This document shows, piece after piece, positions 24,539 through 39,500 of a stretch of DNA of 64,000 nucleotides. The translations under genes and the position numbers were made by a program. This stretch comes from Phoronis australis (taxonomy: Eukaryota > Animalia > Phoronida). The notes under the pieces are model-generated. The model did not search any database. It was not told the origin of the DNA and worked only from the letters and a program-made list of their open reading frames with translations. The stretch covers positions 8,612 through 72,611 of the forward strand of contig NMRA01000719.1 of NCBI GenBank assembly GCA_002633005.1, read 5' to 3'. Numbering within the stretch: the stretch's first letter is position 1; each line of letters starts with the position of its first letter.

Positions 24539-27500
24539 CTATTGACACAAATACAACATCGTCAATTCGGGGATTTCATCTGCAGCAAAACTTGCCCATG
24601 AAGGACGCTTGTTTTTCAAATGCATCGTGAGACCGCTGACAGTAAAGCTAAGTGTGTTTGCTTGTAATGCATGACAATGTCTCAAAAAGTCATATATAAC
24701 CTTGCGTTTCCGAGAGTTTCTGCAGGCCTGACATGTCAGGCAGCGAGATTTAACTGCAACATGATTGGATGGTACGTGTATAGAGAATCTTTCGTGCAAA
24801 AGATTCACACGATGCATTTGTAGCTCAGTTCAAAATTCTGTTCATAAATGATTGTTGTTGTTTAATGATTATACTCGCAACAAAAAGCAAGCTGCCACTG
24901 TGCTTTCACTGGGGCAATTTGAACAAGGGCAATGCCGGGCATTGACATGTGCCCACTGTGTGCATTGCATTTGCATAAAGCATAGATACAAGGGATGAAT
25001 ACTATTTTCAAACATTTCCACTAAAGGGAGTAATGCTAGTAAACCTAAAACAGCCACAAGGGAGTGCACAGAAAGTTGGCAGTCACTTCCTCAGTAGCAA
25101 CACACCCCCAAGATTAAAAATAATGAGCATAAAAACAACAGCACTGCCTAAGATAAATCCCCAGAATAGGTAAGGCTGATATCAAATTCAAACCTTAGGA
25201 GGTGGGGGGACTTATCTTCAGCCATGAGTCACACACTCAAAAACTTTAGTAGTTAATGTCTGTCACCTACAAATCACAGGTTTTAACCCATGTTACGCAC
25301 AATGAAAACTCACACCGACGATTAGCAGAAAGTTCAATTTTGATCCCCAAAATCATGCGTACAAGGTCCCCACACTGCAGAACCAGAAAATATGCGACCT
25401 TCCAGTAGAAAGGATGCTCTGGCACCAGCAGGAAAGAAATTAATGCAATTTCCGTGTTTGCAAAAAAAATGCAGCTTAGGCATATATATTTATCCTCATG
25501 TGATAGTCAAGAATACAAACTAGTATTTATATTGCAGATCTTTTGTGGGCCGGAAGTTCATGCGAACAGGGTGAATTTTCACCACTAGGAGACGTAAGGT
25601 AGTGCCTAATGGTATCGACTATAACAGGTTTCAATTTGCGGAGCAAAATCTCTGCAAAATTTCAACAGGTGTTACTCCATAGATTTTGTGGACACCGCGA
25701 CACCTTGACCTTAAAGTACATTTTACAAAATACTTCATTAGCTGCTGGACGCAACGATGTCACGCTCAGCCTAAAATTTGGCAGAAAAATGGCATAAACT
25801 GTTAAATAATTCTGACAAGAGGTTCAGGCAAATATGGCGTCTCTTTCACGATGGTTTCTTGCAGATGAAATACTATCCAAGGCACTACTTTTGCTTCAAC
25901 CCTTTTAAAAAATGGCCACCAGAGCTGACAAAAAGTGACAAAACTGTACGCAGAAAAATACAGGTTATCTTTGTAATTTATGATATGATCATATTTTAGC
26001 AAAATCTTTTGACAGACAACACTTGTTCCAAGTTCAATGGTAAAAGAAGGGAAAAGGTCTTGAATCCCTCCACACACCCTAATATTGAGCTGGCAAGCTG
26101 CAGCGGAGAACATACCTTCAGCGTCACTTGAATTGTAATGTCTTTAGTACTGATTGAGTACATGATCATTCCGTCGCTAGTCTCATTCAGTTCACCCGGT
26201 TTAAATGTACCAATCTGAATGCCAGGATACCTGTCCATGTAACTGAGGGAACAAGAAGACCATTTGGTGGTGGTGGGCGTGCCGTCAGCTTTAGTAAGTT
26301 TCACCTAAATCACAAAAAGAGAGGGAGATAATCATCAGGTTTGACTAACTTGAAACCACCTACGTTATTTCACATCGTGACCGTTTTTTCCAACATTTCA
26401 GAGATAAGGTGGAGCCAAGGTGAGCTCGAGGAAACCTTTAGTTATGACAACTTCTAAGTGTAAGTTAAGATAACCTTACACTAAGATGAAGCTAAGGTGG
26501 CTTTGAGTTACTGGATTTATGTGTATTGTGAATGAGACACTAACTTAAGGTGACCTTACAATAAGCTGGCTTTGATTTAGCCTCCCATAACAGGTAGATA
26601 AGCTGTCAATCAAGTCAATAAGGGGTAGATTTGTCAAGGAAGACAGTTGGAAACCTATAGAATTTCAGTACCTTCAAAGAAGCAATCCCACTGCAACTGA
26701 TAGGCTAACGTTATTCTCAGGGAGGGGAGATATTAACAAGCCTCCCATTACCCGTCATGAGCAGGTAGACTAGCTTGTTGCATAGAACGTGTTATGATGC
26801 CCACACTCAGACTTACCCTAGAACAAGATATTCCTGGAACGAGTTGACACTAGGTGTAAGGGCTGTGTGGACGCTATTTAAACTAGTGCAACTTACCCCA
26901 CTTGCGACAACTTACTCCACCTTATCGAGGTAGGGTAACTTGTTCCAGGGTAACTTGCACCACTTCTAATCGCTATGTGGCAGAAAACCTGGGGCAAGGC
27001 GGAAGTAATCAGCTGTGATTACATAACAAACAGGTCTTGCTTTGTATGCCATATTCGCATCAGCTGTTCTTTGTCATGCACAGATCAATAACGTCCGCCT
27101 TACCCCAGTTATCAGATGTGTGTGTGTGCGTGCGTGCGCGGACGCTCCACTTAAAAGTGGAATAAGTTGCACTAGTGCAACTTGTTCTAGAGTAAGCTGT
27201 GTGTGGATGAGACTTTACCCTCACTCAGTACTCCACTTCAATAATTCTGATCGGGGCACAACACACTTAATAGACTAATTACCTTGGACCATAAACCAGC
27301 TGTTGGAAATGCACCATCATCCTGCCCCAAATTGTAGGATGACACTTGGGATTCTTTAATATCCAACTGCTGGTTTATTATTCTTTTTAATTCACCCATA
27401 ATGTGGGGGGGGCACAGCGGAATAAATAAAACACTGGCTTTGGACTACTTTCTAGTTTCATGTCAGATTTTCAAAATTCAGAATCCTAACCACGCATACT

Positions 27501-30500
27501 TTCATGAACTATTCAAATAAGGTATTTGAAAACTTTCATCAAAATGAATGTCGCCCCCAGTGTTTACAACCATGTTTATGATGTACAATTTTGCATCTGA
27601 TTTCCCAAGATAATCTCCAGAGAAGGATAACATCAGCTAAAGGTGGACGACTCCTTTGAAGATACTGGCGGATTCTAAGGATAGCGAATTAGTCAAGTTG
27701 TCCAAACTCAGCTGATGAGGCTGTAAGCGTAGGATTACTTTCATGATGCAGTTTTGGGCATGGTATTTTTTAACTTAAACTTTATTGAACATAAGAGGCC
27801 ACCGCCCATAGCTCACAATTATATAGAAACTTAATACACGTATACAGTCACTGAAGATTCAATATTTTGTTTCTGACCAATATTGCCCTTTACGCATACT
27901 AATTGGCACAGGAAATGATCACAGTTGCAACAGCCATCCAGTTGCAGTTTATGACTTTCCACACGCGAAATCTGAGTTAAGGGACAATTCTGGGAATTTT
28001 CAACATTAACAGAAAGTAAAACTACTTTTTAGATAACTGGATACCATTTTTATAAAAAATTGTTGAAAGTCAAGATTTCCCAAAGCAGGAAGTAAATGTC
28101 ACATTAATTCACTGCCATTTTACTCTGTGTATTGTTATTGCAAAACATTTTACCACCAGAGTGAGTATGGTATACAGTAATAACGTAACGGGACGGAAGT
28201 GAACATGACATTGAATATTGCATTGATACAGATTTTGCCCCTAGCGTCCATCCTTTGTGCTACTAAGCCAAAATGAAATTATCACTTGCTGACTACTTTC
28301 CTTATACTAAAGAGGCTGAAATCAGTTTGATTTCACAATGCAGTAAGAATCTCAGGAGTGAGAAATAGCGCCAATTACAACCTAGTTTCCAATGCTTGAT
28401 TAACCTTGGTGCGTGGCTTCGAATAATTATTAAAGTTCTGACACCTTTAGGTTTTCATATGTTTCATGCTGACAAGAATATAGCTGCCTTGTATGAAAAC
28501 AATCCCGTAAAGACTACAGGGTATGGATGTAATGTCCATCAGTTTTATGCAATCCAATTAGCCAGCAAAGTCGATTTCTTCAAAATCCAAAGTAGTGACA
28601 TTTTTAAGGGTTTAACTTATGAATTCAAATTTGACGTGACAACTTAGGTTAGGATCATTTTTCACCAACAAAATGCGATAAAAATTAGACAAAAACGATG
28701 TAATTGGATTTGGTTGGATCACCATTATTACAATCAGGATGGATGTCTGCACCTTAAGGATTTGTCGTGGCCAATAATTCAAATGCAAGTCGTGATGTGG
28801 GATAAAAATCTCGCATCGCTTAGCAATTGACTGATTGATTTCTGGAGTTGAAACTAAACAGCTGATATTTTTGATGGATGGAGGTCAACAATGGTTCTGT
28901 CATGACTCTTCAGTGTCTTACCATGAAGTTAAGCACAGCGTTTGGCTTGAACACGTCCGCCGTCAATATTTCTGCCTTGTGCTCCAGTGCGAACATTTGA
29001 ACTGAGCCTTCGCCAGACTTCTTCAGCTCTGTCAGTTGCTCAGTGATAACTGCCTTTACAACCAGTGAGTGGTCAGCTAAGATCTGACCACCCAGTATTG
29101 CCCTCATGTCACCGACGGTCAGCGTTACCTCTTGGACGCCATTGAAATTCTGAAAGGTACCAAACATGCATTCTTAAATGATAGAAAATAAGAAATACTT
29201 AATAATACTAAATGATCTTTCACAACTTTGCAAGTCAGATTCAACCCGTATTATAATTTTACACTTATTTTGCACAAAAATAATTGCCAAAAGTGTCATT
29301 TTTCTATATTTAGGGGGCCGATTATTTCACTGCAACTAACAGAAAATTTACCAAAATATATCTTGATGACATCTACACAGTACAAAACAATCCAAAAACT
29401 AAAACTAGAATATTTCTTAATCTTTATTTTTGTTGATAAATTTGAAAAAAAATTTTACAAGTCTGCATACTGTGTGCTAGACAGGTGAAGACTTACCGGT
29501 CTAAATTCCGAAAATGTTCTAAATATAGGTTCACGGACAGAGAACTTGGTAGATATTCAAAGAAGACACAAACAAGACCAAAACTGCCCCAAACAAGTAC
29601 CACTACAGGGTACTGAAGTAGTTGGATTTAATCTATAAGCCAACATAAGCCACAGCCACACATGCCTCAGCAGGAATATAATTTAAAGGAACGCTTCATG
29701 AGGATCCAACGCCGAAGTTGGTAAAAGGCAAGCAAAAAAGGTCAGTACGGAGTTACCATAGTAGTCGGATCTGCCTCAAAATCAACGGCGGCAGTGCCAT
29801 AGGCAATAGACACACATCTGCCAAATTTCACGATGATCATCAGATATAGCAAGCAGTTTGGTGGACAGAGTGGAGATGCAGAAAACAATAGCAATAGCCA
29901 GTGGGGGTGCACAATATGTCGAATCCATCAAAAATTGAAGTGTTGTCATCACCTCAATAGAAATCTTTCTGCCAAATTTCGTGACGATCTGTCAAAACAC
30001 TTAGATGACACTACGTAGATACAGAGGCAAATGTACAAATTAAAATTGCCACTCGCTGACATAGCATTAATCAGATCTGCTCGAAAGCCTTCATCATGGG
30101 AGCCTCTCTGAAATATTTCATTGGTTCGATCTTGCAACGGGTTCATGACAAACAGCAGTGGTCACCCTACACAGGACGCCCAGATAGCGAGGGCAGCAAT
30201 ATTCAACCACATATTAGGTATACGGGGCGCACAAAAGTTAATACAATTTTAATTGTATGCATTTTTATTAAAAATATTTTTATAGTAGTTGTAGTAACAG
30301 ATAGTAATTCATCAGAAAAAGTCAATTCTTCACAAAACTTTCTAAAAGGTTAAAAAAATGAAAGATTATCTAACCCGGCCTGCACGACGTCACGTCAAGC
30401 AAGAGACGTCTTCACAATTTCATCTCAGAAAACAGACAATCGTTTTTATATCAAGCGTGCCGCACAATTGAGACAGGTCACTGATTGCACACTTTGGCAT

Positions 30501-33500
30501 CCAAGCTGTGGGAAGTGACCTACTGTATCCACAGAATGATGTTGGTGCTCCACATGGGTAAAAGAATACATGGTATATTTGGCTAATGTGGTCCATGATG
30601 GCACTTTTAGGTTAGATATCTTTGCTTCCCTTTCACACAGGGACATCCAAGTTCACTTTTTATTTTAATTGTCAGAACGTGACACCTAGTTGGTCAGGTA
30701 TGCACATACCTCAAATTTCCTCATCAATGGCTTTGACTTATGGTCCATTTCACCTTTTATTGTTACAGAAAACTGACCTGAGCCTACCACACCCTTGCCG
30801 TATGTATAGCTGCAAAGGACAGGTCAAGAAGAACAGGTTTGCAACAGGACAGTACTCAACAAGTAATATTAGCAACACTATACACTCAATGAAATGCAAT
30901 CCACTTTTATTAAAAAGCGTTTCAGAAACTGTTGCACTGCCCGACAATTTTGCAGAAAAACAATGAAATGATTTTTTAACTTAATTCGAGTAGCACAACT
31001 GCAACAAACAGAGATTTAGAAATTATGTTCCTGACATCATTTCCAGTCATATTTTCCATGAAAATTCCATAAAAAAAATTTCGTTTTCCATGTGTTACTT
31101 TCTAGTTCAGTCAGTAAGGTGTAACACTGTTCAGCATCTCAGCAGGTTATTCAGCTCAGCGTCTCTCAGATGCAACATGATCTCAGCAATGTAATACAAC
31201 TCAGTGACACAGTAATGTAACATACCTGTGTCTCAACAGATAAACATTCGGAAGCTGACTGTCTCAGTGGTTTAAGACAACCTCTGTGTCTCAGCAGTGA
31301 AGCACAGTTTAGTGTCTCAGCAGCATAACGCAACTGAAAGACTCAGCATTTAGATGCAGCTGTGTCTCAGTAAGTTAAACCAGTTCTGACCACGAGATTG
31401 AAAACTATGCCAGCCTCACGTACTCACTTGGCTATAATTTTGAACTGCATATTTTCATTGCTTGAAATAACGTAGAATGGTGGCATCTGGACTGTGACTT
31501 CAAACTTGGGAAGAACTAAAAGAAAGCAACAGACACTGAAAAACCCTTGCCTCATATCTGGCCAGAATGATCAGGGATGATGCAAAAAACGAATGCAATA
31601 CAACGATAGAATTCCTTAAATTTGAGAAAAGTATCATTTTAAAAAATTTTCAAAGATTTACCATAAACAAGCCGACATAAATGCCACGCATGGGTCCATT
31701 CCAACTTGCAGCATTTGAACATGTGTTTGTGTGTGTGTGTGTGTGTGTGCGTGTGTGTGGGTGGGTGGGNNNNNNNNNNNNNNNNNNNNNNNNNNNNNNN
31801 NNNNNNNNNNNNNNNNNNNNNNNNNNNNNNNNNNNNNNNNNNNNNNNNNNNNNNNNNNNNNNNNNNGGTGCGTCCATGTGTGTGTCTGTGTGCAATTATC
31901 TGTAGAAATATTCAATAAACCAAAGTGAGCCTCAACATTAACCACCATATTGTGTCATGTAAAACCCCACTTCACATTTAACAACCCACTTCCAACTCAT
32001 GAGTGAACTTTATTACGCATCCAGGGGCACTTCTCTTAATTGTCTTAACGCTCACTCCCAACTCACGAAAAAAATTTTAAACGCCCTTGATACTGCCCTA
32101 TGACTAAGTCATTCTCAAGTGAATTTGGTTAAATGTATTTAAAATGCCTCATTTTTGATCTTTTTTCAAAAACACGTCATGAAGGTGAGTGAGAAATTTT
32201 ACAAATCCTCCTTGTTTAATATAGAAGTGATCGGACTTTGTAAGATTGCAAGAATTTTTAAGTCGCAATTCAACATCAAAATAACAATTATCCAGGTAGG
32301 TTTTATATATCAACCTTTTTAGGATGTAACAGTGAGTGGTTTGTGGGCGTTTGCTCAGTCAGGTGGGCGTATACTGGACTAGTGCCGGGGCGTTTGCACA
32401 AATATGCATATCACCCATACCCATTTTAATGTGCATTCTGAGCTTTCTGCATTTGGGCATTTCCAAGGCAGAAAACGGTAATACACACCTCACCATAACA
32501 TTGAAGTAAACGCTTCGAAACTGTACCATAATATGATTAGCATAACGTCATTATCAAGAAGAATAAAAGTCACACAGTACAAATTTTCCACCCATCAGGT
32601 TGCTAGTCATTGACATGATCACAGATTTACGTTACGTTACTGCCGAGGCAAAGCGTGAACAGTTAATTGAGCAGGCATCACATTCGTACCTGTCACACCC
32701 CCCCTGGCTACAGGCCTGCTTTCCATAGAAGGAATTATGCTCTGACTTGCGAACAAGTAAAAAAGTTCTCGTAGCAAACAGCAAGACACAAACCCTTCGT
32801 GTAATAGATGGTTACTCACCATATTCATCCACAGTGAATATCTTCTCAACCTCGGAGCCATCCTGAAAACAAATGTAGGATAAATTACAAACAATACGGT
32901 AAATTCGCACCATTTTCAGACACTCAAAATTAATGCCAATAGAACAAATTCATTCTTGGACGAATCTCGCGGGACAAGACTTTTGTGGTGTTCAAAATTG
33001 GTGGACCCCAAAAAATTTGCCTTTTCACAGTTGTCCAAATTTGGTAATCTAAATCTTTTCAAAAATTTTTAAAAGTTGGCATGAGCATAATGAGAAGAGA
33101 ATCGTTTGTCGACCAGGACAATGCGTTTTTGTCACTAGCGAAAAAGAAAAGCATTATTGACATGTACACTAAAATCTTAGCCTCCTCAGCCCATTCATTT
33201 ACTCAAGCCTTGAGATGTGAATGAGATTGAAGAAAGAATATCAGGCTTGTGTCGCTGAGGCACAATGAGCTTTTTGCCGACAATTGAGACATTTCACAAC
33301 TACGATTGGTTAAAAAATGCACTTTCTCAATAAAAAGTATTTTGCATTAAACATAACTGTTATGAATGAGGGAACAAGTGCAATGAAGAAGGTGACAAAC
33401 AATGATGAGAACAGAGTCTATCATTTAAATTTTTTTAAAAGTATCTGTGCATTGTTGACTAGTTACAAAACAAAGCAAAAATTAACTCTGATACCTTTAT

Positions 33501-36500
33501 TTATATGTCAACTGCAAGCTCAGTTTTAACATGAAAATGAATGAACAATTATCCAAAATAAATTACAAAGACAATAATGATCATAGCAAAATGAGTAGTT
33601 TTTCATCCACTCCTCATAGCCAGAACTGTATATTCCAGTTGGATTGGGATGGCTTGAGTCATATAGTGCACAGCTGAAGACACGATAATACAGAAGAAAT
33701 GTATTTAATGGCATGGTCTAGAAAGCGTATGCAATTTCAAATTCTAAAAACAACAAAACTCACCCAACCGTTTTGATAGTTTTAAAAAACCTTTCTCCCT
33801 CACAGCCTTCGAGGCATCCAATGTTAACTCATTTGAACCCTTGTTCATTACTGGGTGCAGACCAGTATGTGATACACCAGTGCCTCTAGAAATCCTCACC
33901 ATATACCATATATATGAATCAGGTAAAATGTCCTGGCTTACACTCATGATTACTGTAGAAAACTGATAAATGTCAGCATTTTGGGGTTGGGCATCCTTCG
34001 TATACAAAAGCAATGAAACTGTGCGTCCATGTGTTCAGTTCCAGGGGGTTTCTGTTGAAAATCTTTCAAACAATTTGGTGATATTTTCTCCGACCCATTA
34101 ACAACCAGTGCATAGCGTGTACACGAGGCACTAATGGCAGTCAAAAAGTGTCCCTTCATACTACAGCTCGAAGCTGGAGGAATATTCGGTGAACGAAAGG
34201 ACTGCCTCGTCTTCATGCAGATCTATGTTTGCCTTTTACATTTTTAACTACTGAGAAATCCGTTTGTGGATGAAAGAATCCCGATAAGTTTTAATTCATT
34301 GCCGTAGTATGCACTACTGTAACCTGGGTGGAAGAGAACACAGCACTTTCTTCCGATCATCACCAGTTTAGTGCCGTCTTACAGTCGTCACCAATTACGC
34401 ACAGCTCTCCCCCAGTCATTATTAATTTGTGCACTAGGTCACCTGTTGCACATCAATGTTGATTTGGTGCCACCGATCCTCTGGGTGTCTCCCGGGTGCC
34501 CCCCTTTTCCAAGACCGTGTTTGTCTCATGTTAATACAACAGGCTCCTGACTGACCACTACTGTTCGAAGAAACGACTAGTGATGATGAGCCACTACTGC
34601 CAACTTTCTGCTTTCTCATTGTTTTCAAAAAAATTTCAAAAATGAGTAAAAAAACGACTAGTTTAAAGCTGCCAGAGATGCAGTGTAACTGTCAGAACAA
34701 AGAAAATTTTGGCAATGCGCACTTTTAACTCAGCATGACACACTCATTAACTCAAACTTCAATGCATTTTTGTAGGTGTTAAGATAACTCAGATTTGGAA
34801 AACTCAAGTCGCCCAATTGTGTTGCTCAGGCAGGTTACTTAATAGAACTTCAGACATATCAACAACGAAACGGCACTTGCAATATGCGTTATTTCTCCTT
34901 CATTCTAGTGTAGTTAAGAGATTTTTGCAATTAAAACAAAAACAAAATTTTCAAAGAGATTTAGTCTTCCGCAGCGCCTCAAATGCCCGAGGAAAGAATA
35001 TTGCCATGAACAGGCAGCGCCTGTCACTGACACCCATCTCTGTTCCCTAATCCCCAAGCAAAAGAAGCTGATCAAAAACGTCCAGATGCTGTGACAAGTA
35101 CCTATTGTAATCGCAACTGCTAAGAAACATTCATACCGTATAGCAGGACCACCCCCAATTGCGGAACTTAGGTGCATGTACCTACATGCAGGACATTTGA
35201 GTAGAACTTGCGTTGATTACGGTGCTCCAGATATAGGCGCACCTTCCATTTAAAAAAAAACACTCCTAGTTTGCACGCAGATTATAGCGCAAATTCTTTC
35301 TAATGACATACTGCTGAAAAACCTGTATTACTTGTTCGTCTTGGCAGAAAAATTACAAGTCTGTGGCAATTTCAGTCCCTCCAGCTCTTCTGGACCACAC
35401 TGGTCTTCGATTTGTGACCCTCGCTTGTACCTCTCTTCCCATATCCAACCATCTATATACTATCCTTGAATGCTCCTTACCAACGTCGCAGAAAGTCAGG
35501 TTGAACAATCACGATTCGATTGCAGTTAAAACGTTGTAGCAGTTAAGTATATTTGTAGATGAGGAGATGAACCAAGTGTTATTGTACAGAAAAGACGTTA
35601 TTAAAATAAAGCTTGTATTTCTAGATTTTAATGTTCCTGTATTCACCACAGTGTCACTAACACCACACGCTGTGTGAAATAAAATGAATTCAGTGTATTT
35701 TTTTAAAATCATTCAAGGGGCACCTATAACTGGATCACCGCTTTGCCTAATTGCAGGACATTTGAGTCATAATCTTGCGAAAAAAATGCAGTGATCCACA
35801 TATAGGCGTATGCGCCTAACTGCGGGCGATATGGTAGTTGCCAGTTAGGAAATGCCATGTAGCGTGTAACGACTGAGATCTTTCAGTCTCCTAACATCAC
35901 CCAATAGTAAGTCAATACACTGACACACAATTAGACTCGGACCCTTCAATTAACTTTACAGTAGCCATAGTCGAGGCACAGTGCCTACATGCAACTTAGG
36001 CCCGGATGTTCCGTCAAATGTCAAATACCACAACCAGAACATAATGTACTTACGCATAACTTAACAAGGATTTTCCAATCTCCCAGGAGCACTCTGTCAG
36101 CCAATTGAAGCTTCTCACTGAAAACACCTTAAACAGAAAAATGTCCATCACCATTATCTCGCAGAGCTGAATCTATTTACAATGCTATTTTGTCTCAAGT
36201 AGCCAGCACACCTATTCTGGACAGTTGAAATTCCGAAGTGCACCAAAATACAAAATGCACTTCTCAAGGTGAAGTTCCACCACCAACAGCCCAAACATAC
36301 CTCTATGTTTATTAAATGCTCAAACAGCCTAAGCAAATCATCGGTGACAATAGCATGCTAATTGCACAGTTATTTTTCACCTATTTAGTACACAATATGA
36401 TGGATGAGTGTAAATTTATTGGTCAAAATTTTCCAATACAGCATGGACTACGATTTGCATATTACTAGCTAAGTTTGCACTGTATAGATATCATAAAAAT

Positions 36501-39500
36501 AATTTTTGTTAAAGCTCCCATTACTTGCAGTATGGTAATCAGCCCTACAAACGGGGAAAATAATTCTACAGGCTTCCTACTTTCAGAAAATGAACACTTT
36601 TACCAGTTTTGTAGACATTTGGCCGACTGCGCAGATTTGTGGCTCAACTTCTACATAACCTCAAGTTGTGATTACAAGTAAACAGCTATTGAAGGCATGT
36701 GAATGCATGTAACTGGATAGGATTAAATTGTCAAAATAAGCTTTGCAGATGATATAACCCCTAGTTAATCACAGTGTATCATTTCTAAGAGCAACGCATG
36801 CATTTTGTATCACGTACAGTTTGTGTTGCAACAGAGCCCGAGTACCTACCCATCTGATGAGATTGCTGAAGCCAATGTTTGATCTTGTTAGACTGGGGGT
36901 CCTGCAACAGGAAGACAAAGAATTAGTAGATGCCTCATTAAAGACAGGCACTGAAAAAAATATCTCCTTAATAACGGTGCTTCAGTCAGGGAGGCTTTGT
37001 TATGGATAATTAAGGATGACCTTACAACATAAACACTGCTTACCATTTCAGTGGCACTGATAGGAAACTGCTGATCAGGATCTTTGCCTTGGCAGGCAAC
37101 AAGTACATAGTGGTCAGCTGATTTTAAAGGTCACCTAATAGAGATATGCACACGTGACTGTCCTCAAGAGCATGACTGTTGTGTAGATACTCTGTCAGAG
37201 GCTGGCCATCATGTTGTCTGAACACAGCACTGAAGGCAAAGCCCTAATAGTCAACAACACCAGTATTTAAATAGACAACCAAAATAAAGCATTTTTGACA
37301 TTGTTGGTGGACGGAAAAGACTTTTTGAAGTTATTAGGTTTGACCACAGCTACACCACAATAAAATCTGTTGTTTTCATGATTTTACTACAAAGCGACAA
37401 TCCTCGCCATTGTCTGCCAGACCTTCGCTGAAATCAAGGGCGGTGACTTGAACAGTTACGCATACCAGAAAACAAATAACAAGTGCTTTAGCCCTGACTC
37501 CCGCTGATTTTCTGTTTCCTGTCCCCTTTTCATTTTGTGACTGTCATTCTAGTGTTTGATGGCTCTGAAGTGTTCACCTTTTATGTGAGTGATGATGTTC
37601 TGAGCAGCATAACGAAACATCTGAGTTTATGTATAGAACATAGTGTTGTAAACATGACATCGTTTGCTAATAAAGTGCTTGTCATTGTTCTCTTGTGTTA
37701 ATTTGACCTAAAACCACAGCCAATTAAAATGCTCTGCCATTTATTGAGAGTCATTTACCTCTGCTAGCAGAGCATTTGAATGCGACCTTAAAGGTTCTAG
37801 GTTCGAGTCCACTCTAGGGCAAATCTTATAAAATCACATTTCTCGCTGATGATGTTCACTACTTAAAACTGTTTTAAGTGGAGTCAAGTATCACTTTTCA
37901 AGAAAAATTCCAATTGTAACTAGGTGGCACAGCAGCAGTTGGCATAGCCCGAAAATTTATGTGAAGCATTATAGCAACATCTGCCATGTGGAGAATTTCT
38001 TGCTTACACTGGTGACTGCTCTGATTCCCTAAGCCTCAGATAACTTTTACAATGCCTATTCAGCACCCCCTTTGTATTGAAGTAGATCTGAGCTCATTTA
38101 ATTCCCAGCATTACTGTCTCAACAATGGTTGTTGTTAGTACCCACAATTTGGTTTTCTCTGACATTTGCAGAGTTATAGCCTCTAACTCTAGAGAGTAGT
38201 TTTAACTTGGTGCATTATAAATATTAAAAAAATGACTAAAGTGGTTAACTTGTGTTTATCTTCACAAAGGGCCACTTCCCAAAGAAACGGTAAGTTTCAG
38301 TTTTCTTTATTTAATTTTTAATGCTTCAGCCCAATTGTTTTTTTCTTACAGGGAACGAAATGGTAACTTTTTATCTAAGTTTTGAACTTGAAGTACCAAA
38401 ACAGTGGTAGATTTTGATCACCAGCTAAACTAAATTATTTAAGTTCATTGTGAGCCAATCCCTAAACTTACCACATTACAGGTAGACTACGTGTCATTAA
38501 AGTTTAATAATTATTAGAACTCAAATCATAAAATATACATTACGGCGTTGGGAAGTTTTATTACCCCTGTAGCCAATATCTTACACGACTGATTAACTCC
38601 ATTCTGGAATTTATGATTGGAGGGCCAGTTCTCTTTTGTTTGATAATTGCTCTAATCTCCAATAAGATGGTATCTACCCTGACTGGGTTGTGAATTAAAA
38701 ATAAAAGTTAAGTTGTAACATATTTGAACATAAACCAACAGCATTTCTGCAATCTTTGTCAAATGGTGATCATGTTTAGTTTTTGAATCGCCAAATTCGC
38801 CCAAGTGCAACCGAAGTTATGACAATCTATTCTTTCTGAATACACCAATTCACTTTGAGTTTGACTGTGTTCACAGGTGGTCTGTAATAAGCCTGGTAGA
38901 TAATTGACCTGCTTGTTGTCCTAACAAACAAAAGAGTGTGCTTGGTAGTTAAAGTCACTGAACGGGAAAATGCTGTCATGTATACAAAAGTGCAAATATG
39001 GTGATAACCAAACTGAAGATTTGGAATCTCAGGACAATTCCGGTGGCACTGACTATATAACTATTTTAGCTCTTTGTCAGTAATGAAAAATGAAAAGTGG
39101 CCACAACTACTGTTTCCTGGTCAAAAATGTGGTTAAACGAGAAAGAATATTAAAAAATGAATCCATGTGATATTGTTAACTCTGATCCGCGTTTGTATAT
39201 CCACCGAGTACATCAATACACGTGGCAGTTTATCTTAAATCGTACCCAATGGTTGTAGTTTTTAGATTATTAGCTCATTGATTTTTAAAAATCGAAAACC
39301 GTACTTGGTTGTTTTTTTTTTCAGCTGAATACCGTCAGAGTGTTCGTTTATAACGAAAATTAATGGTTAATGCATTTTGAAAATTCGCCATTATATACAG
39401 TCAGAGATGTCTAATACAGTTTATGGTCGGATAATTCCATTTAATTGGGTCTTGCTTGCATCGTGCAAGGCGGCCATTACAATTGTACCTGATTCCGGCG

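Noticed and set aside
34434-34628. Minus ORF as a possible TEP exon
   Set aside because: Exons 7 and 8 already join in frame, and this sequence is a dispersed repeat also found at about 56170-56490.
37750-37822. Functional tRNA gene
   Set aside because: A B-box is present but the cloverleaf cannot be completed; treated as a SINE head or pseudogene.
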